This document shows positions 22,262 to 34,965 of a stretch of DNA of 64,000 bases, piece by piece (the stretch's first letter is position 1; each line of letters starts with the position of its first letter). A program made the translations under genes and the position numbers. This stretch comes from Plasmodiophora brassicae (Eukaryota), in assembly GCA_036867785.1 (NCBI GenBank), contig CP145418.1:744001-808000 (forward strand), written 5' to 3'. The notes below the pieces were generated by a model. It saw only the letters and a program-made list of their open reading frames with translations. It did no database searches and had not been told where the DNA came from.

Positions 22262-24848
22262 CCTTCCATTTCAACGGGTCGCTCGAGGCTCCTTCTATGG
22301 TCGTTCGCGTCAGATTGGGCCGATGTTGCTCGAGCAGTGGCCGGACACAACGAGGGCGCGGCTCAGCTGCCTTGTTTCGGGGCACCTGCACTGTGCCATG
22401 GCCGACCGGCTGTTGTTGGCTGGTGGAGCGAACCAATGGCAGGTTGAATTGTTATGGAAGAGAGAGGTCCTGCGGTAGCTGCGAGGGGACGTCCACAGGT
22501 AGAAGGACGTGTCGCTGTCACCCGGTGAGCGTCATCGGTGCCGGACCATGCGAGGACGTTGCCTTCAGCCTTCCTAGGGTCACCTGGCACTCCCATTCGA
22601 GCAGGCGCGAAACGATCGCGCGTGTTCCCAGGCAGAGCCCCACACACCAGCCGTCTGTGGCCAGCTCTCAGACAACTAGTCGGGCAAGGCATTTCTCCTG
22701 GCTGACGCGCCCCCTCCGGTGTCGTACACGAGGGACATTGCATAAGACAGATGGCGTCGATGGTAACGTATGTTTATGTGAGGTCGAATACGAGTTCACT
22801 GTCGGATTCGAAGGAGTCCTATCGCAGAGCACCGTCAGGACACGGCAGGGGACGTTCCAGCAGGTGCCGCTTACGAATTCATCAGCGGCGTAATCGTCGT
22901 CCGCGTCATCACTGGCGGGGACGTTCGCCAGGAGGTCTTTCGCAACGCCTGCTTCAGGGACTGCCTTGTCGTTATCATCCGCATGCAATGTGGTACATGC
23001 ATCCGTCATCGACATACGGGCCGAAATGTGTTCGACAGACTCTGGTTCCGATGTTTCGAGCATCCTCGAAACCTCAACGGGGCACTTGTCGTCGTGAACC
23101 GGACCGCCGGCGACCGCTTCGACAACCGATGCGGGCTGATGAGAGGTACTGCATTCGCGCTCGTGCATTAAGGTCTCGATGCTCGGGCCGGTGTCAACGG
23201 CAACCTGCTGCTGCTGTTGCTGCTCGGCCGAAGAAGGGTTAGGTCCCGCGTCGCACGGCTTCTCGTTCTGTGCTGGAGATGAAGATTCCTCCGCGTCGGT
23301 CGTCTCTTCGGTAGATACGGAAGCGTTAACGACCTCGATTGTGGCAGCAGGTCGGGTAACGGTGACGTGGACGACGGGAGGAACGACAGCAGGTTCCAGA
23401 CGTTCCTCCTTCAAAATGACCTGCTGTCCGACCACGTCGTCGTTCTCAGGCAACCCGGTCAGCGAGGGTCGTCGGCGAGACAGTTGCAGTGCGATCTCTC
23501 GAAGTGCCGATGCGATGGCAGCGTTGCTGTCCAATGCGGCATGGACAGCAGCTGGTCTGGCAGGCGCCGGTCCCCGTCGTTTCGGCGGCGATCGGGACCG
23601 CCTTGTCCTACGGGTGGACTTCAAAGACGCCGACCGTCGGTTTCCATTATTCGCCTTCTCTCTCAGGTTCGTAACGCCCGACTGTGTCGGCAGCGTTCGT
23701 CTTCGCGTCGGTCGCAACGGTGGCACGATTCGTTTCGTTCGTGACGACGACGCCCCTGCGAATGGCGTGGCAACGTTCTGGCCCTGCGTTGTCTTGCGAT
23801 CGAGCCTCTTCACAGGCCTGACCGGGGGACTCGGCTCCACAGCACTGGTTGGCTCGGGTAATGTGGATGCTTGCTGTGCCTCCATCTGCCCGTCGGCATC
23901 GGTCCCGTGGCAGAAGAACAGAGCGGGAGGGTCGTCATCCTGCTGAATGTCGTTTATCAACCCAACGTGACCAACGCGTCGCAGAGGGCTGACCTCCTGA
24001 ATTGGTTCCACGCCGTCCACAGTGACATCCCGTCCAGGTTCCGCCTGCTGCTGTTCCTGAAGAGGCGGTCCCTCTGGTTCATGAGGAACCACGATCTCCT
24101 CCGTTTCGCCAGGTTCCAGACGCGGAGGTTGCCCCAGACAGCAGCTATCGGCGACGTTCCTGCGCCCGGGTTCATCGTGCTGAACGATGGGGATGGTTTG
24201 CTGCACAGCGGCCGTGTCGACGGGCGGGTCGGCGGGTCTATGCACAGTGAACCCTTCCAAATGCGGCAGGAGGGCGCTCCCCAGACACGACAGGCGCAGG
24301 ACTGCCTTGACGTCAGTGACCCACCAGATGGCAACCTGCGCGACCGATTCGCCCACCGATATCAATGAAGGCGACGCGATTACCCATCAGGTCGACCAGG
24401 GGCACACGACCCCGTCGGAAGCCTCTCTTGCCGACGATGGCCGGGCCGTCGGCGTACCCGGATAGGTCGACAGCGGCCGTCCCCTGCAGGCCATTGTCGT
24501 CCAGGTCGACCAGCATGATGTACATGGGCGCCCGGGACAGCATCGATGACAGGGAGCGCTCGGGAACCGAGAACAGGCAATTCTTGCCGAGGCCCCAGGC
24601 CAGGTTCCGGTCAGCAAGCCGATCGGCGACGTCATCCTTCGACGGACAGTCGATGACGACGGCCGGGAATTCCAGAAGGCGCATAATGACCTGACGCAGG
24701 GAACCGATCAGACCCCCAGCGGGGTACCTATCGCTGTCCAGCGCCGCCTGACCGATGGGCGCCTCAACAGCGACACACCGGGGCGTAGGATGGCCCCGAT
24801 CACGTAGCATTCCAACGAGAACACGGACAGGGTCGGATCGACGACCAT
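22251..24848 (-). CDS. MAP10/HPHLAWLY-like N-terminal domain protein with long disordered tail; 3' end approximate
   Basis: FSLECYV, MRLLEFPAV, GKNCLF, PMYIML, LVDLMGNRV, LRLSCLGSALLPHL. Confidence 0.65.
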
Positions 24849-24908
24849 GGAGTCGTTGTGCAGGCGGGTGAGGGGCAATCGACGATGCGTCACAAGGCCC
24901 AGGGCATA

Positions 24909-26379
24909 CAGTTATAGAGTTTAACCTCACTTTAGTCACTCCTCGACATAGTCACAAACCCCACTTTAGTCACAAGAAGCCAGGAACAATAATTATCCCC
25001 ATAACCATAGTGAGAAGCCGGTGCTCGTTGAAAATGATTTGTCTCTTTATCAGATGACAATATGTGACTCGTCAAGCTTAAACACATGACGGTGGCCGGC
25101 CTCACCAATCGTGGTGACAAACGAGTTAGGTATGGTTAGAAGTTGATCATCGTACCCAGGAGTCACTTCAAAGTTCGTTAACCACTGCTTCGTCACTGGC
25201 GGCTGAATATCCATGGACAACGCAGCCGGTCAAGCCCTCCACGACTCCATGGGCAGTAACTAAACCTGATGCGTTTGTCACATGAACTTTGGCGCCCGGG
25301 GTCCAAATGCTTCGCGGCCCAGGTACGGGAACTGCAGTTGCCGACCAGACGATATAACTTTTGACGCCTTCCGATTGCAATTCTGTTCAGGTAGAAAACA
25401 ACGTCGCGGATGAACGTCGATCCGTCTTGCCATGAATTGGGTTGTGCGCTGTAGTTGATACCAAACGTTCTCCGAGGATCAATTCCTGGGGATGTCGACA
25501 TCAGGTCATCGAAGAGCAGACCAGTTAATTAACGCGGATATGTTGTACCTTTAAGTGCTCGTGGCTGTTTGGACTTGCCGATCACTTGAAGTTGCAATTT
25601 CTCGCCGGCAGCACTTACGATCGGGGTGATCGCTAAACGGTCTTCGAGCCGTTTCGTGCCCCGTTTATCGTTGTTTATCGAAACATACGATCTCGTCTCC
25701 AAGGTCGATTCCAGCTTCTGCCCTATCATTGATGACATGGTCTACGCCTGGCAGCTCCGCGTAGAAAACGACGCTCCTGAAATGAACGTCACCCTGCAAG
25801 TTCACACTCAAGGGCTTTCGCTTGTAGAACTTGCAGGGTGACGTTCATTTCAGGAGCGTCGTTTTCTACGCGGAGCTGCCAGGCGTAGACCATGTCATCA
25901 ATGGTAGGACAGAAGCTGGAACCGACCTTGGCGACCTTCCTCGATCTCGCTGCGTCGGACTCTGAACACAACCGTCTGATCTTTTCTCGATCTTTGAGCC
26001 ACTTAGAGACGGCAGAGCGATCAACGCCAAAACGATCCGCCGCAGCCTGATGGGATATGCCCGCGTTGGCCTCTACGTACTCAATCACTTTGAGCTTGTC
26101 CTCATTCGTGGCCCGATGCCGAGACCTTTTATCGCATGAAGCCATCTGGATGACAACGAGAGTTGACCCTCGTGCGCCGACGTCCGGAGCAAAACCGTCC
26201 GCAAATGGTCGCACCGTGCGGCCGTGCCACGGTCGGGGACAATTTTGATCCCTGCGTCCCTGCCACCGTCGGGCGACGGGCACTCTGGCTTTGGACAATT
26301 ATCCGTATTTCCTCTCGCTATAGTCACATGTGACTATTTCGGGGTAACTCGATTTAGTCACCGCCCCCAGTTTAGTCAC
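24909..26379 (-). mobile_element. Rearranged pogo/Tigger-like (Tc1-mariner superfamily) DNA transposon remnant
   Basis: CENP-B-type HTH (EDKLKVIEYV..AADRFGVDRSAVSKWLKDREKI), DDE_1 fragment (DRLAIT..GEKLQLQVIGKSKQPRALK), repeated TAGTCAC motifs at both ends. Confidence 0.85.
25699..25931. repeat. Inverted repeat inside the transposase, 105-bp arms (25699-25803, 25827-25931) with 23-nt loop
   Basis: Arms differ at 3 positions by eye; the peptide SSFCP.IDDMVYAWQLRVENDAPEMNVTLQV is encoded on both strands. Confidence 0.95.
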
Positions 26380-26449
26380 TGCCACCCCACGTCATTGCAC
26401 TCAGCGTGATATGTATTATATACAGCAACGTGGGTAGACGGATCACAAG

Positions 26450-27842
26450 GCGAAGAACGCGGCCAGCTTGTACGCCATAGACATGGCAAGCCAGACGACG
26501 ACAGCAGCGGCAAACACAACGTGTCCATCGCCATCGTTGACGTTGCGGGCAATTTCGGGTAGCACGACGTCCTCAGTGTAAACCTCACGAATGTCCCCCT
26601 GGGACGCACCGTTTCAGAACAGGGCGCGCGCGCGTCTCGCGCGCGAGTACCCACATCGACGGTTTCCCCATCTGGTCCGCCAGTGCCGACGTTAATGCAG
26701 GACCCGGTTCCCGTCTGACGAGTAGGCAATGTCACAAACCATGCGATGCCCCGCCCCCAACCGTCTGTGTTACGCTGAGAGTGTCCCAGGGGTCCACGCT
26801 GGCGTTCGCCTCGTCGCCGCTGCTGATCGACAGGGCATCGTCGCCCTGCACAACGATGAGCCGCTATCGTTGCAAGTGGCACGCGTTGCCCCACTGACCG
26901 TTTCCATCGACCTCACAATGTTCTTCAGGGACCGGAGCAGCTGGCTGGCCTTGCCCGACTTGCGATTGTGCACCTGACCATCATCGGCAACAGCGCCTCG
27001 TCATTGGCACAGCACTAACACGAGGCAGGGCAACTCGTACCCGCTTGCAATTGTACAGGACCAGGCGCAGGCGGTCGAGGTCGCTGACCTCGCCGCCGGC
27101 AAAGTCAACTGGCCTCGGGATCGGGTCGGGGTCGTTCAGGATCCGTTCGGCGGCGTCTACAACGGCGCGTACGACATGGCGCTTGGCGCCCAGCAGCTGG
27201 TCGCTGGCGACGACGCGCTCCATGATCGCGATCATCCACTTCATGACGGCCAGGCGGTCGTCGCGTGCCTCGTACGCCCTCCCGATACGGGTGCTGCCCG
27301 GCAGGTCGGCGTTGGCCTTGTCGAGCAGGAACGTCACCGTCCGCGTGTGGAACGCGTGCACCTCCAGCGACGTCGCCGCCGACGGGCAGACCGGGTCGGC
27401 GTCCCTGCAGAGGAAGACGCGGACGGGCGCCTGGATCGTCCAGGTCGGCGGCGACTGGAACCGGAACAGCGTGCGTGCGCCCCAGGCGACGTGCGTCGGC
27501 ACCCGGACACGCACCCCGACCTGGTACGAGTGCTCCGGCAGCAGCGCCGACAGCATCGCCACGACGCAATCGTCGGCGGCCAGCCCTAGTGTGCACCACC
27601 CGTCATCAGCGCGCGCGATCGACCGGGGCGCCGGTGGGCGACGCACCGTCGTCGACGATGGTCGCCCATTTCGAGTAGGGGGCGGAGCGGCGCCGGCGGA
27701 CGCCAGGGGCGGAGCGCATCTCGACCCGGAAGCGCAGGCCGTCGGGCAGGTGCCGCATCCGAACGCGGATCGTGCCCGGTGCCGTCACCGACAGCGACAG
27801 GCGCAGGTCGGGTGCGGACGCGCCATCGTCGCCCGAGAACAT
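26450..27842 (-). CDS. Hypothetical multi-exon protein; ends approximate
   Basis: Long GC3-rich minus-strand ORFs (27606-27866, 26981-27646, 26770-26973) separated by apparent introns; no family recognised. Confidence 0.4.
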
Positions 27843-28240
27843 GGCCCCCTCCCCCTCTCCCTCCAATGATACCCAGCCCGACAGGCAACTGGAGCGGTTG
27901 TGGTTGCCCTCACCCGCCCTGAATCAGTCGGTCACACCGCTCCACAGCGAAATCGAACCCGTCCACCGGCGCGCGGGGACCCAGGGCAGGGTCGCTCGAC
28001 GACGCCGACCAGCACAACCGACTTGGGACTCCACGTGCCAGCCACTGATGGAGGAGCGCTCGCCGGGCAGCGCATGACGCTCCGCTCTCGAGGATCCGGT
28101 TGTTGGCACCACTCTGCTCGCGCCTCGTTGCAGGACGGTCGGGGTTGCACACACACACACAGCACACAGGACAGCGCTGCCATGTTTCAAAGTACGGTTG
28201 CCAGCCAGCCAGTCACTGCCAGTCGCGTTGCAGAACGGCG

Positions 28241-29637
28241 ATGAGGACGTCGCGTGCCAAGTCGTCGTTCGCGGCCTATGCGACGTCGCAGGGGCGGGCC
28301 CTCGGCCTGAAGCAGGTCCTCGTGCTGGTGGCGGTCGCGACGGTCGGCGTCGCGTCCGTCCTGCTGCTGACGCGGGCGGCGGCGCGCGCCCCGCCCGGGT
28401 CCGTTGTGCTGAGGCCGCACGGCGATGCGGACGTCGACGTCCTGGACACGGCGACATCGGACGAGGCGACGGGGACGATGGTCGGACCGCGGCCGCGGCT
28501 GCCGGCGACCTGGCCGGATCCCGACCTGCTGGCCAGGGTCGCCATTGCCGGGCGCCTGGTCGTCGCCGCCGTCAATTGCGGGTACCTGGATTTCGTCGAC
28601 AACTGGCTGTCGTCGCTCAAGGCGTTGAAGATCACGAATTACGTTCTGATCGCGCTGGACCTGCACGCGTATGGCTCGCCGCCGGCCCAGGGCGGTTGGC
28701 ATCGGTGACGGGGCGGCTGAGGCATGCGACGATAGGTACAAGACGCTGATGGAGGCGTACCCGGACCATACGGTGTTGTCGTTGACGGTGCCGGAGGACG
28801 GGGAGCACCCGGACCAGTCGAAGATCGACCCGAACGCCCGGGAGTACGGGTCCGCCGAGTTCGGCAACGTCGTGCGGTCCCGCCCCCAGTTCCTGCTGCC
28901 GTTCCTCCGCCAGGGTCGGGTCGCCGTGTGTGTCGCGCGTGCGTCATCACTCATCCCATGGCACACGTCAGGGTACACGGTCTTCTACAGCGACATTGAC
29001 ACGTACTGGCTGGCGAACCCGTTCGACGAGCTGCGACAGGGCGAGTTCGACTTTCAGGTGCCGACGCGACGCCGTACCGGGGGGCGTCTTCGCGCGTCCT
29101 GACGAATCGCGTTGCAGGGCCCAACGGACTCGCACCCGCTGAAACCCGACGACCTGCAGGACGCCAGCAACTTCTGCACGGGAATGCTGTACCTGGAGGC
29201 GACGTACCCGGCGATCCGGCTGCTGGAGACCTGGGACGCGCTGCTGATCGCGCACAACGCCGACGTCAACCAGGGCGATTTCGCCGACGCCCTGGCGCAG
29301 GTCAACGAGGAGGCCAAGACGACGCATTGGCAGAAGATCAAGTTCGTTCCCGGGATGCTAGCCGATGTGGCAGCCGGCAACAACTGACGGGACGCTTGTG
29401 CGGTCGTTCAGGTTCAATATTCTGGAGCGTGACGCGTACCCGCCCGGGTACATGTACTTCAAGGTGGACGACCGCTGGAAGAACAAGGACACGTACGTCC
29501 CGAAGCGGGACCCGGTCATCGTCCACGCCAACTGGGTCACCGGCAAGGAAACGAAGCGCAACATCCTGAAGAAGGCCAACCTGTGGACGCCAACGGGCAA
29601 GCTCCTGCCCTGTCGCGCCGGCGATAACGAGAAATGA
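28241..29637 (+). CDS. Nucleotide-diphospho-sugar transferase (GT77, PF03407-like), paralog 1
   Basis: TM; VNCGYLDFVDNWL; LIALD; YTVFYSDIDTYWLANPF (DxD); FCTGMLYL; NQ; IVHANWVTGKETK. Confidence 0.88.
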
Positions 29638-29749
29638 ACTTGACAGGCCGTGAGTCACCGTTCCACGTCGTTCCTCTTCCGCCGGATGGGTCTATAACAG
29701 GCCCAGGCCTGAGAGGCAGCGGGCCGCCAGACTGATTCGTCGTTTCGAT

Positions 29750-31205
29750 ATGGCGACGACGGCGACATCTGAATCGCAGCCGTTCTTCTCCGCGTACATG
29801 GGGCAGTCGAGTCAGGCGGCGCGTATGAGAAAGAGGGCCGGCATTGCGGTCGTGGCCCTCATCGGGGTGCTGTCTCTGGTGCTGCTCGTCAGGGCCTCCC
29901 AGACGACAGTGCCCACGAACGCGCTGCTGCCACGTGTCTCGATCGACGACATCGTACCCAAGGTCAACTTGCGAATCAACAGGCCGCTCGCGTCTATCGT
30001 TCCAGACCGTATGGCGCGCATGCCCGACCCGATGCAGAAAGCGTCGTTGCCATCATCCGTTTGGCCTGATCCGGACCTGCTGTCTCGAGTTGCTATTGCA
30101 AAGCGCCTCGTTGTCGCTGCCGTCAATTGCGGGTCCGCCATTGCGACCTATTTCTTGTCGCGCTCCTGGGTGCTCATGACGTCCTGCAGGTACCTCGATT
30201 TCGTCGACAACTGGCTCGCATCGATTCAGGCGTTGGGCATCACGAATTACATTCTCATCGCCCTGGACATGCATGCGTACGTGTGGCATGCGTGTACATC
30301 ATGACGCGGTGGCCTAATTGAAACTGATAGGTACAAGACGCTGATGGGTGCGTACCCCGACCACACAATCCTGTCAGTAACGGTCTCGGAGAGCACCCAG
30401 AATCAGGCCCAGCCCGACCCAAACGCCCGGGAATACGGTTCGGCTGGATTCGGCAACGTTGTTCGTTCCCGTCCCGAGTTCCTGCTGCCGTTTCTACGTC
30501 AAGGTTGGGTCGCAAACGGTTGGAAGCGCATTCGCGATCTATAACTGTGCCGTACGTCTTCAGGGTACACTGTCTTCTATAGCGACATTGATACATTCTG
30601 GCTGGGGAATCCGTTCGACGAGATTCGACAGGGCGAATATGATGCCCAGGCAGGATTTCGCAGATGCAAGCATTCGTTCTGTGTGCCCTGACATACCGTG
30701 TCCGTGTAGGGGCCTACCGATGGCCACCCATCAGCGCCGGACGATCGTCAAGATGCCAGCAACATTTGCACGGGCATGCTCTACCTGGAGGCCACCTATC
30801 CCACTATCCGCCTGCTCGAGAAATGGAGTTCTTTGCTGATTCAAACCAACGCCGAGGTCAACCAGGCGCCGTTCGCAGACGCTCTTGCCACTCTCGTGCG
30901 CGGCGATGAGAGCGGTCACACTCAAAAGATCAGGTAGGGGACGAACGTCGGCCTCGCTGCTGGCCAATTCTCACGCTACGCTCCTCAGGTTCAACGTTCT
31001 CGAACGCGACGCGTACCCACCCGGGTACATGTACTTCAAGAAAGACGCGCGCTGGACGTCCATGCATACGTACAAGCCGAAACGGTCGCCCGTCATCGTG
31101 CACGCCAACTGGGTCGTCGGCAAGAACAAGAAGCGGCAGATTCTGCAGGAGAAAGGCCTCTGGAAGCCGACCGGCAAGTTGCTGCCGTGTCGCGTCGACC
31201 AATGA
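29750..31205 (+). CDS. Nucleotide-diphospho-sugar transferase (GT77), tandem paralog 2
   Basis: Same motifs (YSDIDTFWLGNPF, ICTGMLYL, IVHANWVVGKNKK). Confidence 0.88.
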
Positions 31206-31234
31206 ACGCCCGATCGTTAGTCGCAAATTCGGAT

Positions 31235-32590
31235 TTAGAACGACCCGCGAGGTTCTTGTCGCCGATCATGCTCGAGGCGCGCCGTTCCAGCCATCTTCGG
31301 CGACTGCTGCTGAACAGCATAGTCAGGCGTCGATCAATGGCCGGGTAATGAGTGAAGGGTACCGTGCCCGGCCCTGGTGGACGCCTTCCAGGTGCCGACC
31401 CCGGCCGAGCTAGTCGCTGGGCACTGCTAGTCATCGACTCGGCCTGCGATACGCCTGTCAGCAGGTCCGGCGTGCTCTTCTTGTGCTTCTTCTTGTTTCG
31501 ACTGCGGGACACCCTGCTCCTACACGTCAGCATCCACCTGCCTGTCGCCTACCGTACCATCAAGGCCAACCGTACTTCGCCGTCTTCTCAATCTTCTCAA
31601 AGTCAATGTCGGACGTTCGCGGCTGCTGTTGCGATGAACCTTTCGGGACTGGCGCGGACGCTGGGGCCTCGTCCTGTTCGAACGACGATTGCCTTCGTCG
31701 TGAGCCCAACTCTGGCACTTTGCTGCCAGAAACGTACCTGTATCTTCAGGGACGGGTTCAACGAATGTCGCAGATCGAGATGGAGCCTCTCGGGGGACTA
31801 CCGTGCCCAGATGATCAGAGCATGGAAACGTGCTGACTGGCGCGGGAAACGTGCTGGGTACCATGAGTCGGAACCACTGTATGGATGAGGGTGGCAGGCC
31901 ACACTTCGTGAACGCGTACTGCCATCGGGCGATGCCCAGGTGCATCACCATCAAGCGCATGTATTCGGTGAAGGTATCGCAGACGAAGTTGTACGCGGAC
32001 GACAGATCCTGGAAGTACACGCGCGTCGCTGCCAAGTCTGTGGGCGCAGCGGTTGACCAATCGATATCGTACTCGCGCGCGTCTCCTGGCGTTACCTTTG
32101 CTGAAAACGAGGACGACTCGCCCGTCCGCTGTGCTGTCGAGGGCGAACCCGACGTTGTGGTGGCTGTTCGTTGCACCATCAGCGAACACGGCCTGGGATA
32201 GGTCGATCTTCTCGATCGTGTTCGCTGAGTTGACGTGCATGTTCCCGAGTGGGAGAATCTCCCCTGCGGCCATGCATAAGCGGATCCCGATGCGGCAGGC
32301 GGTATCGCCAACCATTGAACCGCATGCGCCACTTCAGGCTGAGCCCGTTCTGCATCAGGTAGAAGTTCTCCAGGTCGGGCGGCAGCCGAACCGGATGGTG
32401 GCTCCGATGCCATCGGTCGATCTCAACTACGGCCGGGTCAGCACGCGTCGTTCTCCCAGGTGCCCACATGTCGCAAGCAAGTACCCGACGTGGCAGGCGG
32501 GGACTCTGCGAACCGGACGTCGGTGACACCCTGATGGGCTTCCAGGAAGGTGACGACCGACAGTGAGATGTCGTCGAATATCGCCCGCAT
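31235..32590 (-). CDS. TPGS2: Tubulin polyglutamylase complex subunit 2
   Basis: LEAHQGVTDVRF, LPPDLENFYLMQNGLSLKW, PLGNMHVNS, DTFTEYMRLMVMHLGIARWQYAFTKCGL. Confidence 0.85.
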
Positions 32591-32703
32591 CGTTCCGTCT
32601 GGCACTGACCAGCGCTGGGCTGCGCTATGTACCACCACTGCCTTCCTATTACGTACGTCCCTCCTATGTGCCCAGCGTCGTGTACAAATAATGCCATACA
32701 ATG

Positions 32704-33512
32704 TCATTGGAGCTCACGACGGCCGATGATCTTGATCCGTTCGACAGGGTGGAACGTGCCAGCGAACTCGTGCATCCATCGGAAGGGGAACCCGATCCCG
32801 AGGGCGCTCACGGCCAGGCCTACTGACGGTAACGGCAGGTCGCCGTCGGCAGCGGAAACCAGGCGCTTGATCGCCTTGTTCCAGCAGCGTTCCAGGTCTG
32901 ACAGCGGGACGGTGAAGAAGCGAGCGCTCTCCACGCGGCATTGTTCGGTGTGCTCTGTTGCCCAACAAACCTGCCTGTCAGGCGAGTCACCGACTGCGAG
33001 CGAATCGGCCGACCTGCGAACTCGGCGTATGTCATGTCGGATAACGAGGCGGGCGTCAGACTGCATAGCGTTTGGTCGCGATGCGCCTTCTTGGACAGGT
33101 CCACCAGCAGGGAGATGATGCGCTGGGCGTTGCCGATGGCCAGCTGCCGGTTGTTCTGTACGAGGGCCGACTTCAGGTCCATGTTGTCCTTGCTGGCGTG
33201 TACCATTCGCTCCGCGACGCCCTGGAACGCTCTTGGTGACTCAATCTGGGCTGGACCGCCTGCATCACCAGGTCCGATCTGCCCAGGGCGCCGTTCAGGT
33301 CGCGTTCCAGAGATGTGACCGCCGTGCAGAACTCGTGCTCGAGGAACTGGACAAGGAGCGCGAGACGATGCGTTAACGCAAGCAGGCGCCTTGTGGTTTC
33401 GATCGAAGCGTAACGGTGCGGCACGACAGCGGCGACGGCCAATGTTGGGAGTGATTGTGTACGCGTGAGTGAACGTGACCGTCGAGTGGCATTGCAGGAT
33501 CGACGCGGGCAT
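32704..33512 (-). CDS. Hypothetical protein, spliced; boundaries uncertain
   Basis: Overlapping minus-strand ORFs filling the gap between TPGS2 and DUF1764; no family recognised. Confidence 0.3.
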
Positions 33513-33599
33513 GGTTGTGATTATGCGACTGGACAGGTAGCAGTGAACGGCCGAATTCATAACGTGATGTTGTGCGTACAACATAAGTTAGGTAACAGT

Positions 33600-34024
33600 T
33601 TAGAAGCAGCACTGGCAGTCGAATGGGCAGAGGTCGGTGTCCTCGCCCAGACCCAGCTTCAACTCTTCGACAGTGTAAACGCGCAGGCCATCGATATACC
33701 CAGAACCGGACGCGGACGTGCTCGATTCGCGAGTCAGGCCCAGGTCATCGCTCGCGGGGGGCGACGTCCTCACTTGCGGACGCGTCGGTGCCTACGCGTT
33801 CACGCCTAAATTCGTGGCTGAGTATACCCGCATCCCGCTATCGTCACCTTATCAGCGGCAGCAGCAGCAGCCGCAGCCCTGTCTTTCGCCTTCTTCACGG
33901 CTCGACCGAAAATATTCTCAATGTCGTCCGCACCTTCAGCTGACTTAGACGCAGGTGCTTGCCGCTTCGTGCTCGGACGTTTACCAGCGCCGGCCGGTGC
34001 CGGTCGCTTTGAGCTGCCTGCCAT
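33600..34024 (-). CDS. DUF1764 family protein
   Basis: DIENIFG N-terminal motif and C-terminal DGLRVYTVEELKLGLGEDTDLCPFDCQCCF*; one intron. Confidence 0.85.
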
Positions 34025-34965
34025 GGCACTAGGATTGGGACTCCCCAATGTCGTGCGGGGCAGGCAACGAGCCCAGGCGACAACTCCGTGACGCAGTCCG
34101 CCACGCAGTCCGTTGTCCGACGGTGAGGTGGGTGAAGGCGACCCCGCGATGCCTGGCCACTTCGTCCTGCCGCGCGGACCATGTAGGTTTCGTCGACAAT
34201 GACGAAGTTCGGACAGGTGCGTTCACACGAACGTCTCTTGCACAAATCGTTTCTGGCTCACAGGCCGTCGTGGAGGTTCTGCAATGTCGTCCGACAGCGC
34301 AGCACGTGAGTAGCAGCAAGAGACGTCGGTGTGAACCCACGAGTTCGGCCTTTGACATTGTCCATCAAATATACATGGTCTGCGGCAAGACCAAGTGCCC
34401 AGGCAGTAAGGACAGGGCCAAATGCCCCACGATTTCAGCAGAATTCGTCTCGCGAGCCAGCCTGCGTAAGCGAAAGGATCCGAAATGAACATCCCACAAG
34501 TGCCCCGTTAGACAGACGTTTCCCATACCGCTGCAGAATCACTGGGAGTACATCGAACGTGGAGTTCGAATCTCGACCGGTCGGAGCAGCGTCTCGCGGG
34601 CGGTTTGGGGCCAGCGGCTTGCAGCTAGTAGATGTTGGTGCCTCGGTCCCGCGTCCAAGCGTGCTCTCCATAGCCCAAACCCATCGTCGTCCTGTGCCTT
34701 GCTGATCGCATGCAAACAAACTGTTGTGGAACAACTCGGGACGATTGCCGCCGACGGTTAACGTGTCAGGACCCAGGTGCCGGAAGATCACAGGTGTTGG
34801 CGCCCGGGGCCTGCCTGGGCCCCAGCTTGCGATTCGTGCGAGTGCCGTAGTCGAGGTCGACCGTTGGACTCCCCGCGGCGGCCGCGGGGTGCCGATTGAC
34901 GACGGACAGGAGCGCTCGCGCGCGCCCGCAGTACCTGTTTGCGCTGCGCTCGCGCTCGGGGCAGC

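Noticed and set aside
28148-28168. (CA)n microsatellite upstream of GT77 paralog 1
   Set aside because: Short and ordinary
27000-29600. Many long overlapping ORFs in all frames and a GC-rich island suggesting horizontal transfer
   Set aside because: Shadow ORFs arise from high GC3; the genes carry normal spliceosomal introns and one has a tandem host paralog
32704-33330. Possible BLOC1S1 (GCN5L1) gene
   Set aside because: The diagnostic ALKEIGDVENW motif is absent
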